64,000 bases of DNA from Octopus sinensis (GCF_006345805.1 NC_043001.1:97960001-98024000); one strand, 5' to 3'; shown: positions 1 to 11,880, counted from the stretch's first letter. A program made the numbers and translations. Notes: generated by a model from the letters alone, not told the origin.

Positions 1-1
1 A

Positions 2-2596
2 CCATGCTTCAAGGAATGCCTCAACAGCATAAAGTGTTTCATTCAGCAGTGTCAACCTGACAACATTTTAATGATGGGAGACTTTAACCTTCCCGGGGTT
101 GACTGGTCTACAAACAGTCTGCCGCCAGGTTCTTCTCTCTCGACCCCTGACAGGGAGGCAGTGGAATCGCTTCTTGACTTCATGGATGACTTCTTCTTGT
201 CCCAACTGGTACTTGAACCAACGAGATGTTACAAAAACGTCTTAGACTTAATTTTCAGCAATCACTCTGATACTATCCACAATATTGCAGCGTAGAAAAC
301 CCTACTCTCCGACCATGACATGGTTCTCTGTGATCTGAGATTTCACTGGCCAAAATGCAAAACAAATGTCATCCCTCCTGTTCATCCATTTGACACTATG
401 GATTTCCACAATGCAAACTGGGAAGCGATCAATAATGATCTTGCACAAGTCGATTGGTCCTTCACGCACACATACACACCCACTAACATCAAAAAGTCCT
501 GGCAGTCACTTGTAGACACCATCACGAACATATGTGCAAGACACACCCCATTAAGATCTGCAAACAAATCTAAGTGTCGGATCCCTAGAAATAGAAAATC
601 TCTCATAAGGAAAATTAAAAGAATCAACAAAAAGATCAACATGCTGAAATACTGTCAACAGCAACACACCAACCTGACTGCCATCTCGTCGCTAGAGATT
701 AAAAAACATAAACTCCAAAACAACATGATGTCTATCATCAATAGTCAGCGAAGAGCTGAAGAGGCCTGGGCCATTGAGAAGATCAAACTCAATCCCAAAG
801 TGTTCTTTTCATTTGCAAAACAACACAGAGTCACTGGTTCTACTGTTGGCCCTCTGATTGATGAAAATGGTACTCTTCAAGACAATGCCAGAACCATGGG
901 AGAGATATTGCAGAAACAATATTGCTCTGTTTTCAGCAATCCTGATACGACTGATCTGGGCTGTATCAGTGATGTTGCTCCCCAATACACTTTATCGGAC
1001 ATAACATTTGGCGCTCCTGATGTCTTAGCAGCAATAAAGGAAATGAAGCATAATTCAGCAGTAGGGCCCGATAGGTTCCCTGCTTGTGTCTTGAAGATGT
1101 GTCAAAACCAACTTGCACCCCCTCTAGACAATCTGTGGCGGAACTCACTGGATGCTGGATATATACCAGAAGACCTTGTATCCCAGTCTGTTGTCCCAGT
1201 TTTCAAAAAAGGAAACAAATCGCTTGCCGTGAATTACCGTCCAATCTCACTCACCTCTCATATCATCAAGGTATTTGAGAGGGTGCTGAGATCGCGTATG
1301 ACTCACTTCCTTGAGAGTCATAATATGCTGAACCCCAACCAGCATGGATTCCGTAATGGGAGAGATTGCCTGACGCAGCTACTGCATCATTTTGATGACA
1401 TTTTTAGAGCCTTGGGAGAAGGTTCCAACACTGATGTCATCTACCTTGATTTCAGCAAGGCCTTTGACAGGGTTGATCATAAGATCCTTCTGAGAAAGCT
1501 GTCCAATATTGGTGTCACTGGAAAGCTGCTGCAGTGGATCAAGTGCTTCCTGTCTAACAGAACCCAACATGTTGTAGTCGAAGGAGTCAAATCCAGCCCA
1601 ACCAAAGTCAGCAGTGGTGTCCCACAAGGCACTGTGTTGGGCCCACTTCTCTTCATCATCTACATAAATGATATTACTGACACCATCAAACACAGTAACA
1701 TCAGAACCTTCGCTGATGATTCCAAGCTCCAGAAGGTCATCAATGGCGTGGTTGACCGAATAAACCTTCAGTTAGACCTACTGGCTGTTGTCCAATGGGC
1801 GGCAAAGAATAACATGTTGCTAAATGAAGACAAATTCGAACTGATCCACTTTGGAAGGGAGGACGCTCTGAAACTCCCATACTCTCTTCCTTCTGGAGAA
1901 ATTCTCATGGCATCCAACAACATCAGAGACCTGGGAGTAACAGTGGACAACAACATAAGCTGGGCTACACATATAAGCAGCAAAGTTGACATGGCCCGCA
2001 GAATGTGTTCCTGGATTCTCAGAACCTTCCAGTCGAGAGATTCCCACACTATTATCCTTCTCTTCTCCACTTTTGCCCGACCCCATCTTGAATACTGCTG
2101 TCCACTGTGGTCTCCCTACACAAAACAAAATATTATGAGAATTGAAGCTCCCCAAAGGTCAATCACAAAAAAGATAGATGGCATGTCAGACCTTGACTAC
2201 TGGGGTAGATTAGAGAAGCTGAAATTGTATTCACTCCAACGACGCCGTGAACGCTACATTATCTGTATGATGTGGAAAATATTCCATCAGCACTGTCCGA
2301 ATGATGTTGGCATCACCTTCAAAAAGCATCCAAGGCTTGGACCACGTGCCATCCGTCCACAACAAAAATCTAAATCGCATCACATAACGACAATACGGCA
2401 CAACTATTTCACCTCAATTGGACCCGCTCTCTTCAACATTACACCAGGACACGTCAAAAAAGAAACTGACCACACAAAATTCAAGAAGTCTTTGGACAAA
2501 TTCCTTCAAACAGTACCGGACAAACCACCCACACCCGGATATGTCTCCGCAAACAATAACTCTCTGCTCGAATGGGCCTTGGTGCCCAAATCCTGA
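2..2596 (+). mobile_element. CR1-type LINE ORF2 (APE endonuclease C-terminal part + reverse transcriptase); extends beyond window start; one in-frame TAG at 293-295
   Basis: Frame open from base 2 (PCFKECL...MMGDFNLP...LDLIFS...*KTLLSDHDMV); APE motifs GDFN and SDH; RT motifs NYRPISLTS, QHGFR, YLDFSKAFDRVDH, GVPQGTVLGPLLF, FADD, ARPHLEYC, LYSLQRRRER. ORFs 71-295 and 320-2596 share one frame. Confidence 0.93.
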
Positions 2597-2685
2597 ACTG
2601 AAAGACTTCGCCAGGTGGTACTATTAAGTTAGACATGGCCTGGGCCAATACTGGCCAAAACCTTTCTAAGTTATTCTAAGTTAAG

Positions 2686-2688
<3 letters not shown>
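2597..2688 (+). mobile_element. 3' UTR and short tandem terminal repeat of the CR1-type LINE
   Basis: Ends ...ctttctaag ttattctaag ttaagtta directly into (TA)n; short terminal repeats are typical of CR1-group 3' ends. Confidence 0.7.
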
Positions 2689-2756
<68 letters not shown>

Positions 2757-2775
2757 TGTATCTATGTATGTATGT
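2687..2775. repeat. (TA)n-(TATG)n compound microsatellite
   Basis: Directly visible. Confidence 0.97.
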
Positions 2776-2992
2776 TTACATTATTTACATCAAAAAGGTG
2801 CTTTTATTCTATGAAAATCACTATTTTTTACGATTTTTTGACTGCTGTGTCGCCATTTTTCGGTGTATTTCAACCAGAAAAATATTCACTTAAAGAGAAT
2901 AATAAGCTACATAATGCAACATCTTTACTTTTCAAAAATTTCAATTCTAAAGGGTCGAAACAAACCCGAGCAACGCCGGGCGAAACTGTTAG
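2761..2992 (+). mobile_element. Short non-autonomous Helitron, decayed 3' CTAG (TTAG)
   Basis: 3' hairpin cccgagcaacgccggg (2965-2980) followed by cgaaactgttag|t; same terminus as the copies at 18.1 and 18.5 kb. 5' boundary uncertain. Confidence 0.65.
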
Positions 2993-3733
2993 TACAAGTA
3001 AAAGGCGAATCCTTATATGGACATGAAATATCTCTGTAGTATATTTGCACACGTAATATATACGTAATAACTGCAAATCTTAAAATAATTCATGTTATCA
3101 AATAATGATGTCATGCTAGGTATTATAATCAGTTGAAATAGCTCACTCCTTAAATAATACTCAATATTGTTGTATACACTAGAGATAGTAGCCTTATATT
3201 ATAAACGTAATCGACTAACTGACGGATTTAATATTGAAATACGGTTCTATATTATTTCTACAAGCGAAATTGTTTAGCTTCTTAAAATGGTACACAGATT
3301 CAATGAGTTGGCTTGCTCTAAAGTTATAAATTCCGTAGATTTTTATCTCAGAGCAGCTTTGGGCTATGAATCTCAGTAATTTAATGCTTTAATCCGGTGC
3401 TATAATATTTCTGAAAAGAAGGTCTAGACTACTTCTGAAAATATTATTAATAGAAAAGGTTGAGAAATTTCCAAAAACAAACGCACGAATTTTATTTATC
3501 ATATGAAAGTCTATGATGGAAAATCAATATACACATCAAGAAAAGTAACTTTAATAAAACCTAGGGAAAATAACCGAATTAATTAAATATTGGACAACCA
3601 GCTGATGTGATTGTCAGATAATATTCTTTTCTGGCGTTTTCCTGTTTCTCTAGAGAGAGCCAATTTACTCTATATTTTCCTGTTTATATAGAGAATGAAA
3701 GAAGGAACATATTTTCTGAAAATATTACTTATA

Positions 3734-4030
3734 ATAGATTGGTATCTCATTCAACAAACACATCATCTCCTATCAGCTTAGCCCTGTAGTTCCCGGTGAT
3801 AAGCGCCAGGTTTAAGTGTTGAGGTTGTTGTTATTGTGAAGAGCTATGATCAAAAGCATTCATCAAAGTCTATTATGTGTTATTTTTCAAGTATAATGTA
3901 TCTGTCTTCGTTATCCAATATATATTCTGCTCTTTATAAGACAGTAGTGAATAGTGATGTTAGGGAGATTTGCCTCCTAATATTATCTGGCTAAGTTAAG
4001 TAAGGCGGCGAGCTGGCAGAAACGTTAGCA
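3734..4030 (+). repeat. Copy 1 of a 297-bp near-identical local duplication (copy 2 at 5322-5618)
   Basis: Constant offset 1588; only two substitutions seen (gtgatgtt/gtaatgtt, aagtaagg/aattaagg). Confidence 0.95.
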
Positions 4031-4372
4031 CGCCGGGCGAAATGCGTAGCCGTATTTCGTCTGCCGTCACGTTCTGAGTTCAAATTCCGCCGAGGTCGAC
4101 TTTGCCTTTTATCCTTTCGGGGTCGATAAATTAAGTACCAGTACGCACTGGGGTCGATATAATCGACTTAATTCATTTGTCTGCCCTTGTTTGTCCCCTC
4201 TGTATTTAGCCCCTTGTGGGTAGTGAAGAAATAGGTATCTCGTCTTTACATTCTGAGGTCAAATTCCACTTTCATCCTTTCGGGGCCAATAATATACACC
4301 AGTTGAGAGTAATTGGGGTCGATGTTATCAACTTAACTCGTACATTTGCCAAAATTTGAAACCAATATTATC
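4002..4372 (+). mobile_element. tRNA-derived SINE, family A (tandem-unit family)
   Basis: Head aaggcggcgagctggcagaaacgttagc, B-box-like gagttcaaattcc, ~180-bp unit ending cccttgtgggtagtgaagaaata, then a partial second unit and tail aatttgaaaccaatatta. Confidence 0.85.
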
Positions 4373-5237
4373 AAGTTACGTAAACATCGTGAACTCTCTA
4401 TCAGACTGAGAATAAAATATTCTCCGCCAGTGGCTATCAATCTACTACTGCTCTATATCTTTCTCCATGGCCAATGGAAATATTTAAGAAATTGAAAATA
4501 TAAATGTATTTAATAGAAATATGAATTTCATTCTCTGTTAGGAATCTGCTGTTACGCGTTGAAGTAGTATAGTAGATGAACTCGGTATCATTATATGAAT
4601 AGTATTTAAAAAAAAAGGCCTCCAGGTTATGAACAATCGCGTCATAACAGCTGAATGTAAAATTAAAATGTAGCGAGACGAAGTTAAATTTAGTAATTAA
4701 ATCTAACAATCAACTACAACAACACCGCTATTATTTTACTACGCATATTGGATAATCATTATTCTTGTTTAATTTTTACACACATTTCAAATAATTTGTG
4801 TAACGAATTTATTAGATTTTCAAAATTTCTGTAATCTAATAGATTTTAGAATTCAATTTCTTTCCATGAAGGAAGAGATTCCGTAGAGGAAATTTTACAC
4901 ATTTTCCCCTCGAAAAAATATGTCCCGATGAGCAATATTTTTTCATGAAAATATGCCTAGAATATAAAATTTAACATCGAAGTAATGAAATTCTATGTCT
5001 GGAAAGACAAACCAAAGTTATGATGGCGAAAGAAAATATTTATACCTTTAGAATGTATTCGTTTTTTACAATATTCTACCCACTGCATATAACAGAAGTA
5101 GCGATTTCTGTGCGACGTTGGCATACACGTGAAGTCGGATATATATATATATAGTTAATCCAAATATGAAAACACAAAGAGAAAAATCAACAACGCTAGG
5201 ACGTGGAATAGTGTTATTGGACGCTCAGGAAGGAATC

Positions 5238-5272
5238 ATTTAACGTTTCGAGCGGAGCTCTTTGTCAGAAAC
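5238..5272 (-). ncRNA. Degenerate minimal type I hammerhead motif in a (TA)n-flanked element (5135-5308)
   Basis: Minus strand GUUU-CUGACAA-A-GAGC(UCC)GCUC-GAAA-CGUU-AAAU; G8 replaced by A. Confidence 0.45.
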
Positions 5273-5321
5273 ATAGAAAAAGCAAAGGTGCAAGGAAGGG
5301 AAGACGGATATATATATATAT

Positions 5322-5618
5322 ATAGATTGGTATCTCATTCAACAAACACATCATCTCCTATCAGCTTAGCCCTGTAGTTCCCGGTGATAAGCGCCAGGTT
5401 TAAGTGTTGAGGTTGTTGTTATTGTGAAGAGCTATGATCAAAAGCATTCATCAAAGTCTATTATGTGTTATTTTTCAAGTATAATGTATCTGTCTTCGTT
5501 ATCCAATATATATTCTGCTCTTTATAAGACAGTAGTGAATAGTAATGTTAGGGAGATTTGCCTCCTAATATTATCTGGCTAAGTTAATTAAGGCGGCGAG
5601 CTGGCAGAAACGTTAGCA
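5322..5618 (+). repeat. Copy 2 of the 297-bp duplication
   Basis: Matches 3734-4030; starts in a (TA)n run and stops about 28 bp into the SINE head. Confidence 0.95.
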
Positions 5619-5785
5619 GAACGTGTGTGTATCTGTGTGTGTATCGTATTCATCGCAAAAAATAGCGGTGAAGTGTGGAAAGGTGTCACTGAGAGCAAGT
5701 AATATACATACATGCATACATACATGCATACATACATGTACACATACATACAATCATATAAACAAATACATCCGTCAATAAATAT

Positions 5786-6497
5786 ATGCATAGATACATT
5801 AGGCTCTACATAACAAGAGATGAAAGAGATAGAGGGCTGAGATTAGAACGGACAGTTTTCGAAGATCATACAGTAGATCTCAGACAGCACTTGCTAGACG
5901 ATAGTAGCAAAAATGAATACATTATCTTCGTGCTGAAGAGTGAAGGGAATAATCCTCTGTCGACAGTGAGATCAAGAGGATGCACTTTCTTCTTGATTAC
6001 CTCCTTATCAACTCAAAGCAGTCAGAGTAACATACCTCAAAGATGTCAAACGCTCAGCATACCATAAAGAGACTATGCATGGGTATGTTTCCCGAAGATT
6101 GGAAGGAGTAAGCCATAGTAACATCAAGCGGAGAGTCTCTTGGCTCGTGACCGTTACATCACATCACACTTCTTGCAATCCAAGAACAGGTAACAGCTAT
6201 TAACTACCAGATAAACAAAAGAGCCAGAGATACCCATGCAGTTTCAAGATGTAACCGAAAATTTAGATTACGTCATAATTCTGTGGGAAACATCACACGT
6301 GTGATTAGCAGCTGAAAGGAAAATGTCAAATTAATACCTCACTATGCGACACGACGTTGTCGCAAAAACAATACACAATTCCAGCCGGAGTAAAAAAAAA
6401 TACTCTGTCTGGAATAAATATAGAGCATCCCTTGTTGCTGACTATGTAACCAAACATCAACACAAGACATACTGATGAAACTTCCGCATTACAACAT
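5786..6497 (+). pseudogene. Decayed R4-clade (RLE-type non-LTR retrotransposon) ORF fragment
   Basis: Translations across stops and frameshifts: RLYITRDERDRGLR...VDLRQHLL...NEYI; MHGYVSRRLE; LAIQEQ; NITRVISS; KMSN*YLTMRHDVVAKTIHN; KHQHKTY**N. These follow the post-RT/CCHC region order of R4/Dong-like proteins. Confidence 0.75.
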
Positions 6498-6828
6498 CTG
6501 TAGCTAGCTATGTGACACACGAACCTGTATCCATTATAACCTTCGAAAAGGGGCGGTCAGCCGTTTCCCATTGCTGGTCAGGCATCTGCAGACTAGTTTC
6601 AGGGTATTTGCCCCTTATCTATGTAGAGCAGCCGAACCCAGCAGGCGTCGCTACTAACCGTCTGTTCGAAGGATTATTTATGCTGGGGGTTCGGCTGCTC
6701 TGCATTGATAAGGGGCAAATGCCTTGAAACTAGTCTGCAGATGCCTGACGAACAAGGGGAAGCGGCTGACCTCCCCTGTTCGAAAGTTATACAGGACACA
6801 GGTTCGAGTGTCACATAGCTGGCTAGAG
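6498..6828. mobile_element. Fold-back element (~146-bp imperfect arms, 37-nt loop) carrying an HHR motif in each arm
   Basis: Arms 6498-6643 and 6681-6828 are reverse complements (roughly 80% by eye), e.g. agctatgtgacac/gtgtcacatagct and ctgcagactagtttca/tgaaactagtctgcag. Confidence 0.9.
6699..6741 (+). ncRNA. Minimal type I hammerhead ribozyme, U3-A8 core variant
   Basis: UCUGCA-UUGAUAA-GGGGC(AAAU)GCCUU-GAAA-CUAGUC^UGCAGA; 6-bp stem I, palindromic stem III ACUAGU, GUC cleavage triplet. Confidence 0.7.
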
Positions 6829-7439
6829 TCGATGGCCTCTTGGAGCTAATCAACGGCAGTATTCGTCCTATATTTCTGGACTGCCATATTAGCTTGGCAA
6901 AAACAATTAATATCCAGTACCGCTAACCGTGGTCTCCTTTAGAGATAATTAGAAATTTTAATATTTCTATTTTGTAAAGTAACTAATCCTCTATACCATA
7001 CAATGAGGTTGAGATATCCGATCAATTGTATGCTTGGCTTGGATATGTGTGTTTCAGTTTATTTTTAGCCAACAGATTTAATTTTGAGGTGAAATTTGTG
7101 CAATATTGAAAATGCTCAAGGTGGCCCTATGGAATATTCAATTCATTCGTCATCTATGTCTTAGGACATGTCCGTTCATGTGCTTAGAGATAAACAACCT
7201 AAGTAGTGAATATAACTTTAATACATTAAGTCTTCACTTTTATCAAACTGTTATAGGTCAGACGTTTATTCTTTATTTTTTGAAATTCGACTAATTTTAT
7301 TGATACTTCGAGTTTGTAAATAGGACGTGAGTAGTACAGGAATATATTTATTATATGTGTGTATATGTACATGCTTATTTATTCCTCCGCTTCCTTGCGA
7401 TGAACGTGTCTCTGTTTCTACACTCATGCACACAGAGAC

Positions 7440-7482
7440 ACATATGTATACATATATATATGTACACAAGTATATTTATGCT

Positions 7483-7513
<31 letters not shown>

Positions 7514-7656
7514 TCATATATACCTATCTATCTGTTTATCTACATTTATGTATATGTATGTATGTATGTATGTATATATATATATATATACATATATACC
7601 TATCTATCTGTTTATCTACACATATGTATATGAATGTATGTATGTATGTATGTATG

Positions 7657-7716
<60 letters not shown>

Positions 7717-7717
7717 C

Positions 7718-7757
<40 letters not shown>

Positions 7758-7775
7758 ATGTATATATATGTGAAT
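7440..7775. repeat. Compound (TA)n/(TATG)n/(TG)n microsatellite tract
   Basis: Directly visible; explains the YI/VC-rich spurious ORFs. Confidence 0.95.
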
Positions 7776-8182
7776 ATATTTATTTATTCATATACCAGTG
7801 CGGCACTATTTACAGATAATGGTTTAGTTCCTTTTAATAAACATTATATGGATATATCAATATTTAAATAGCTGTCTGGCATTAATCTGCCAGTGCTGTT
7901 TTTTGTGATTTTCGATTGATATACCAACATCACATTAATATTCAGATACTAACTATAAACGCATAAGAAAAACAAGCAAAAAAAAAAAAAAGCAAAAACT
8001 GATCGTACAAATTAAACCACTAAATGCTAGAAATATTAATAAAATCATACTCAAATTATAAAGCGCTGGCGTTCAAAAAAATCTAAAGATTAAGTTAGAT
8101 GGGAAGTCTGTATAACGGTATCCTTGAAGGTTAAATTGAGAAGGCCTCGTTTTGAAATGTGTGATCAAAAGCTTATTCAATA

Positions 8183-8579
8183 TTGTTGTTGATGGTGTTG
8201 CTGTTGCTGTTGAGCGAACGGTCTTCGTCCCAGAGCTCGCAATATGGGAGAAGTCCGAAACGTGGTCCCTTGCTCTTCGTAAGACCCGCAGAAGAGAAAG
8301 CGAGTCAACCCCTGACAACGAGAGCATCGACGGATGGATGAATGCGCATCTAGGCTCAGCGGTTGCGTAGGAAGTCGGGGACAAGAAACAGGAAGAAAGA
8401 GTGAGAGAAAGTTGGAGCGAAAGAGTACAACAGAAGTCGCCACCACCCCCTGCCGGAGCTTCGTGGAGTTTTAGGTGTTTTCGCTCAATAAACACACACA
8501 ATGCCCGGTCTGGGAATCGAAACCGTGATCCTCCGACCGTGAGTCTGCTGCCCTAACCATTGGCCCATTGCGCCTCCAC
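8183..8579 (-). mobile_element. tRNA-derived SINE, family B, with (CAA)n-type tail
   Basis: Minus strand head gtggaggcgcaatggg...ggttagggcagcagactcacgg...tttcgattcccagacc; body shared with 9313-9717; ends in aacaacaa. Confidence 0.85.
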
Positions 8580-9312
8580 TTGCTGTTCATGCTGTTTCTG
8601 TAGTCAGCAAACATCCTTAGATGTTTGGTGATATCACATACCCGCCACATATACCTTCAGCTCGTTGAAGTAACAAATACTATTAATCTTATACGTTAGG
8701 ATAAGGAGCTCCACATCTGTCACGAATCATTTTTTCAAATCCTTACTACGACAGTTCATTCCCTTGGTTTGTCAAGATGTCAGCCATTTTATATTTCATG
8801 CCTATTTCCCCGCTTTAGTAATACACTCCAAATTCGATTTTGCATAAGAAACCTATTACCAACATTTTGCTAATGATAATTTAGAAATGTAGGTTCTCGC
8901 AAGTTTCCTCATCTCAGAGGAACTTCAGATTTGTCTATTTTAAGGCGACCGTAAGAGTCAAAATATGTCATTCCCTTAACGGCTCCCAGATCATTTATAT
9001 AATTAGACTGGCATATGCTTTTCTCACATACGACGAAACATATGTTTATTAGTATGCATGTTTTAGAATTTGGAAACACTTACAGCTACACTGCTGGCGT
9101 GAACTTTGCAGTTTTCTTTCACGTGAGAATTTCGCATGCATTGAATGTTACCTCTGTTGTTGTTGTTTTTCACTAACATTGCTACTCCAGCAAATGAGAC
9201 AGGTTATGATCTGTCTTGCTACAGTGATTTGTTGCCAGTTTTAAAAGTATATAGCCGTCTACCAGAGTAGATACGCTAGTTTTCATCGTATTAGAGATGT
9301 GTCGTTTTGCTC

Positions 9313-9717
9313 TGTTGATGCTTGTGTGTTTGTTGAGCGAAGCGGTCTTCGTCCCAGAGCTCGCAAGATCGCCTCTCTGTAGTGGGAGAAGTCCGAAACG
9401 TGGTCCTTTGCTATTCGTAAGACCCGCAGAAGAGAAAGCAGGTCAACCCCCGACACCAAGAGCATCGACGGATGGATGAATGCGCATCCAGGCTCAGCGG
9501 TTGCGTAGGAAGTCGGGGACAAGAAACAGGAAGAAAGAGTGAAAGAAAGTTGGAGCGAAAGAGTACAACAGAGGTCGCCACCACCCCCTACCGGAGACCC
9601 GTGAAGCTTTAGGTGTTTTCGCTCAATAAACACACACAACGCCCGGTCTGGGAATCGAAACCGTAATCCTCCGACCGCGAGTCCGCTACCCAAACCACTA
9701 GGCCATTGCGCCCTCTA
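9313..9717 (-). mobile_element. tRNA-derived SINE, family B, second copy
   Basis: Aligns along its length with 8183-8579 (explains the similar ORF peptides at 8073-8501 and 9283-9693). Confidence 0.85.
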
Positions 9718-10199
9718 TTGATGCTCAGCCGGCTTGACATTAGAATGAGTAGCAACCCGTCAGGTTGCTAATGTTGGTCTTACCACTCTTCATAGTGTTG
9801 ATGTTATCACTGCAACTGTCGTTGTTAATGTTGTTATTGCTGTCGTCGCTGTTGGTAAAGGCATTACACCTTCATTATTTCATTTTGTTGTTTTTTTTTC
9901 TCTGTCGTTCATATATTAGCGATTGTTTACATTATGATTGCCACTGCTGTGATTTTGCTGTTCACATTTTGCATACAATTGCTTTAGAATCTGTTGCCAT
10001 TTGGCAAGGGTTCGTATAACCATTTGTATTACTAGAGTATTGTTTGTATTACTATTATAGAATACTACTGCTGTGTTCAGAGCAAATACCCATGCCGCTA
10101 CACTGATCTAAGTTCAAACGAAAACACTCTAATTACAGAAATTTTTATGCCAGCCAATCGCCACAGTACAACCGTTTCCAACTAAATCATGTTTGTCTC

Positions 10200-10440
10200 T
10201 CGGCTTTCCTTCTATATGACACAACAAATTTGTGGTTTCGATTAAAAAGCTTATTCACTGGCTTTAGACCTCGGTGGAATCTAACTTTGTCTCCCATTTT
10301 CAAGGAAGGCAACATATTCTGAAAATCATTTATCTCTGACGAAATGGGGCTAAGCATATTCTGAAAATCATTTATCTCGGACGAAATGGGGCTAAGCATT
10401 TCGCCCATCGAGCTAACGATTCTGCCAGCTTGTCACCTTA
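10200..10440 (-). mobile_element. Decayed family A SINE with internal 42-bp tandem duplication (10313-10396)
   Basis: Head remnant gctaacgattctgccagcttgtcacctt; catattctgaaaatcatttatctc(t/g)gacgaaatggggctaag twice. Confidence 0.7.
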
Positions 10441-10469
10441 GGACGGCGAAATATTGAAAATCATATGTT

Positions 10470-11413
10470 CAAAATGTGCAGCTTGCTATACCCTAGAAGT
10501 AATATCAATCGGCTCCACTGAACAAGAAAGGAGTATGAGATATGCGTTAAACGCGAAAGACAGCAAGAGAACTGTAATATCAGGTTGGTAAAATTATGTT
10601 GTGCGTAGGAAAGAAAGAAAGTCTTCTGCCAGAAATGTTAAAAATATTACTAAAATAGCAGGAGAATTAAAAAAAAAAGAGGGAATTGCATGCCCAATTC
10701 TGCCAAAGAATTAAGGATGTTGCACGCAAAGAACGATAGCTATGCCTGAGAAATAGAAACCCGAAACGAAAAAATAAGCAGGTAATTATATCTGCTCAGG
10801 GAAAATCTATTAGAACGAACTCCATAAACACAAAATTTAATAAAACCCAATCAAGAATGTTGAATGTGCGGGACGAGAGACGAAAATATCAAGTATTAAT
10901 CATTTCTGTATTAAATACTGCAATTTAGCACAAAACAAGTACAAGTACAGGCATGACTATACCTCTAAATGCATACAAGGGAATGATAGACGAGTGGGCG
11001 GATACAAAGAGATAGAAAAGTGGTATGAAGATGATTGAAAGGCTGTGGTGTTGAACAATAATTACAGGATTTTCTGAGATTACTCCGTTCACACTGATAA
11101 TATGAAAAGTGGTAACCGATACGATTTTAGAGGGGAAACATGGGATTATAGACATCAAAAGTTCTATGTAACAATAAAATGCATACCACCGAAATTCAGG
11201 AAATCCGAAAATATCAGACCTTGCTTCAAAGATGAAACTATCGTGAAAGACGTAGTTAATAATTGTTCCTGTGGTAATACATGCAACCAAAATCACATTT
11301 AAACTGCAACATAAAGGGCGGAAGAATATTAAACTGAAATCCGCGTTGTCGACATGCGGAAATTTGCCAAACTGTATACTGCACAAATCATAAAGGAGAT
11401 TCTCAAAATGTGA
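10470..11413 (+). pseudogene. Decayed R4/Dong-clade retrotransposon 3' half (CCHC knuckle + RLE endonuclease)
   Basis: Across stops and frameshifts: LLYPRSNINRLH*TRKE; LHAQF; IISAQGKSIRTNSI; C*MCGTRDENI...LAQNKYKYRHD; KWYEDD*KAVVLNNNYRIF*DYSVHTD; KYQ/DLA...IIVPVVI; MRKFAKLYTAQIIKEILKM*. Confidence 0.8.
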
Positions 11414-11478
11414 GGCTAGTCCCCCCCCCCCAACCATAAGATAACATTACTGTTATCTAAAGAAGGATGCGATAGATT

Positions 11479-11488
11479 TATAATCATC

Positions 11489-11528
<40 letters not shown>

Positions 11529-11552
11529 TAATAATAATAAATAATAATAATA

Positions 11553-11614
<62 letters not shown>
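11479..11614. repeat. (AAT)n microsatellite
   Basis: Directly visible. Confidence 0.97.
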
Positions 11615-11880
11615 ACAGGAAACCCCAAAATGGCAGAAGTTCAAAAGATAATACTCATGGGAACTGGCCATATCCTATGCGAAATACTTTCACCTACTAA
11701 CATGGCTGAAAAGGATCCCTGCAAATGTGAAGGTACAAAAATCAGCATTGCTTGGAACTGCAAGAATTCATTCGCAGGGTTTGTGAAGCATGACCAGTAA
11801 ATAAGTGTCACATTAGTACGCTGATTGTGGACGGCTGACACTTCCTTTCATACCCAGCAAAATAAACTGTGAGTTTTCAT
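11615..11880 (+). mobile_element. Two stacked 5'-truncated R4/Dong-type 3' ends
   Basis: 11615-11695 AEVQKIILMGTGHILCEILS and 11703-11790 WLKRIPANVKVQKSALLGTARI(L)RRV, both matching the QKxALLGTAxILRKVL C-terminus; followed by a 3' UTR and an (AAC/AAT)n tail. Confidence 0.75.

Noticed and set aside
8073-9693. Two similar 136-142 aa minus-strand ORFs suggesting paralogous genes
   Set aside because: Both lie within copies of SINE family B; the similarity is repeat-derived.
10925-11437. 170-aa minus-strand ORF that looks hydrophobic, like a membrane protein
   Set aside because: It is the antisense of the decayed R4/Dong element; the plus-strand homology explains the region.
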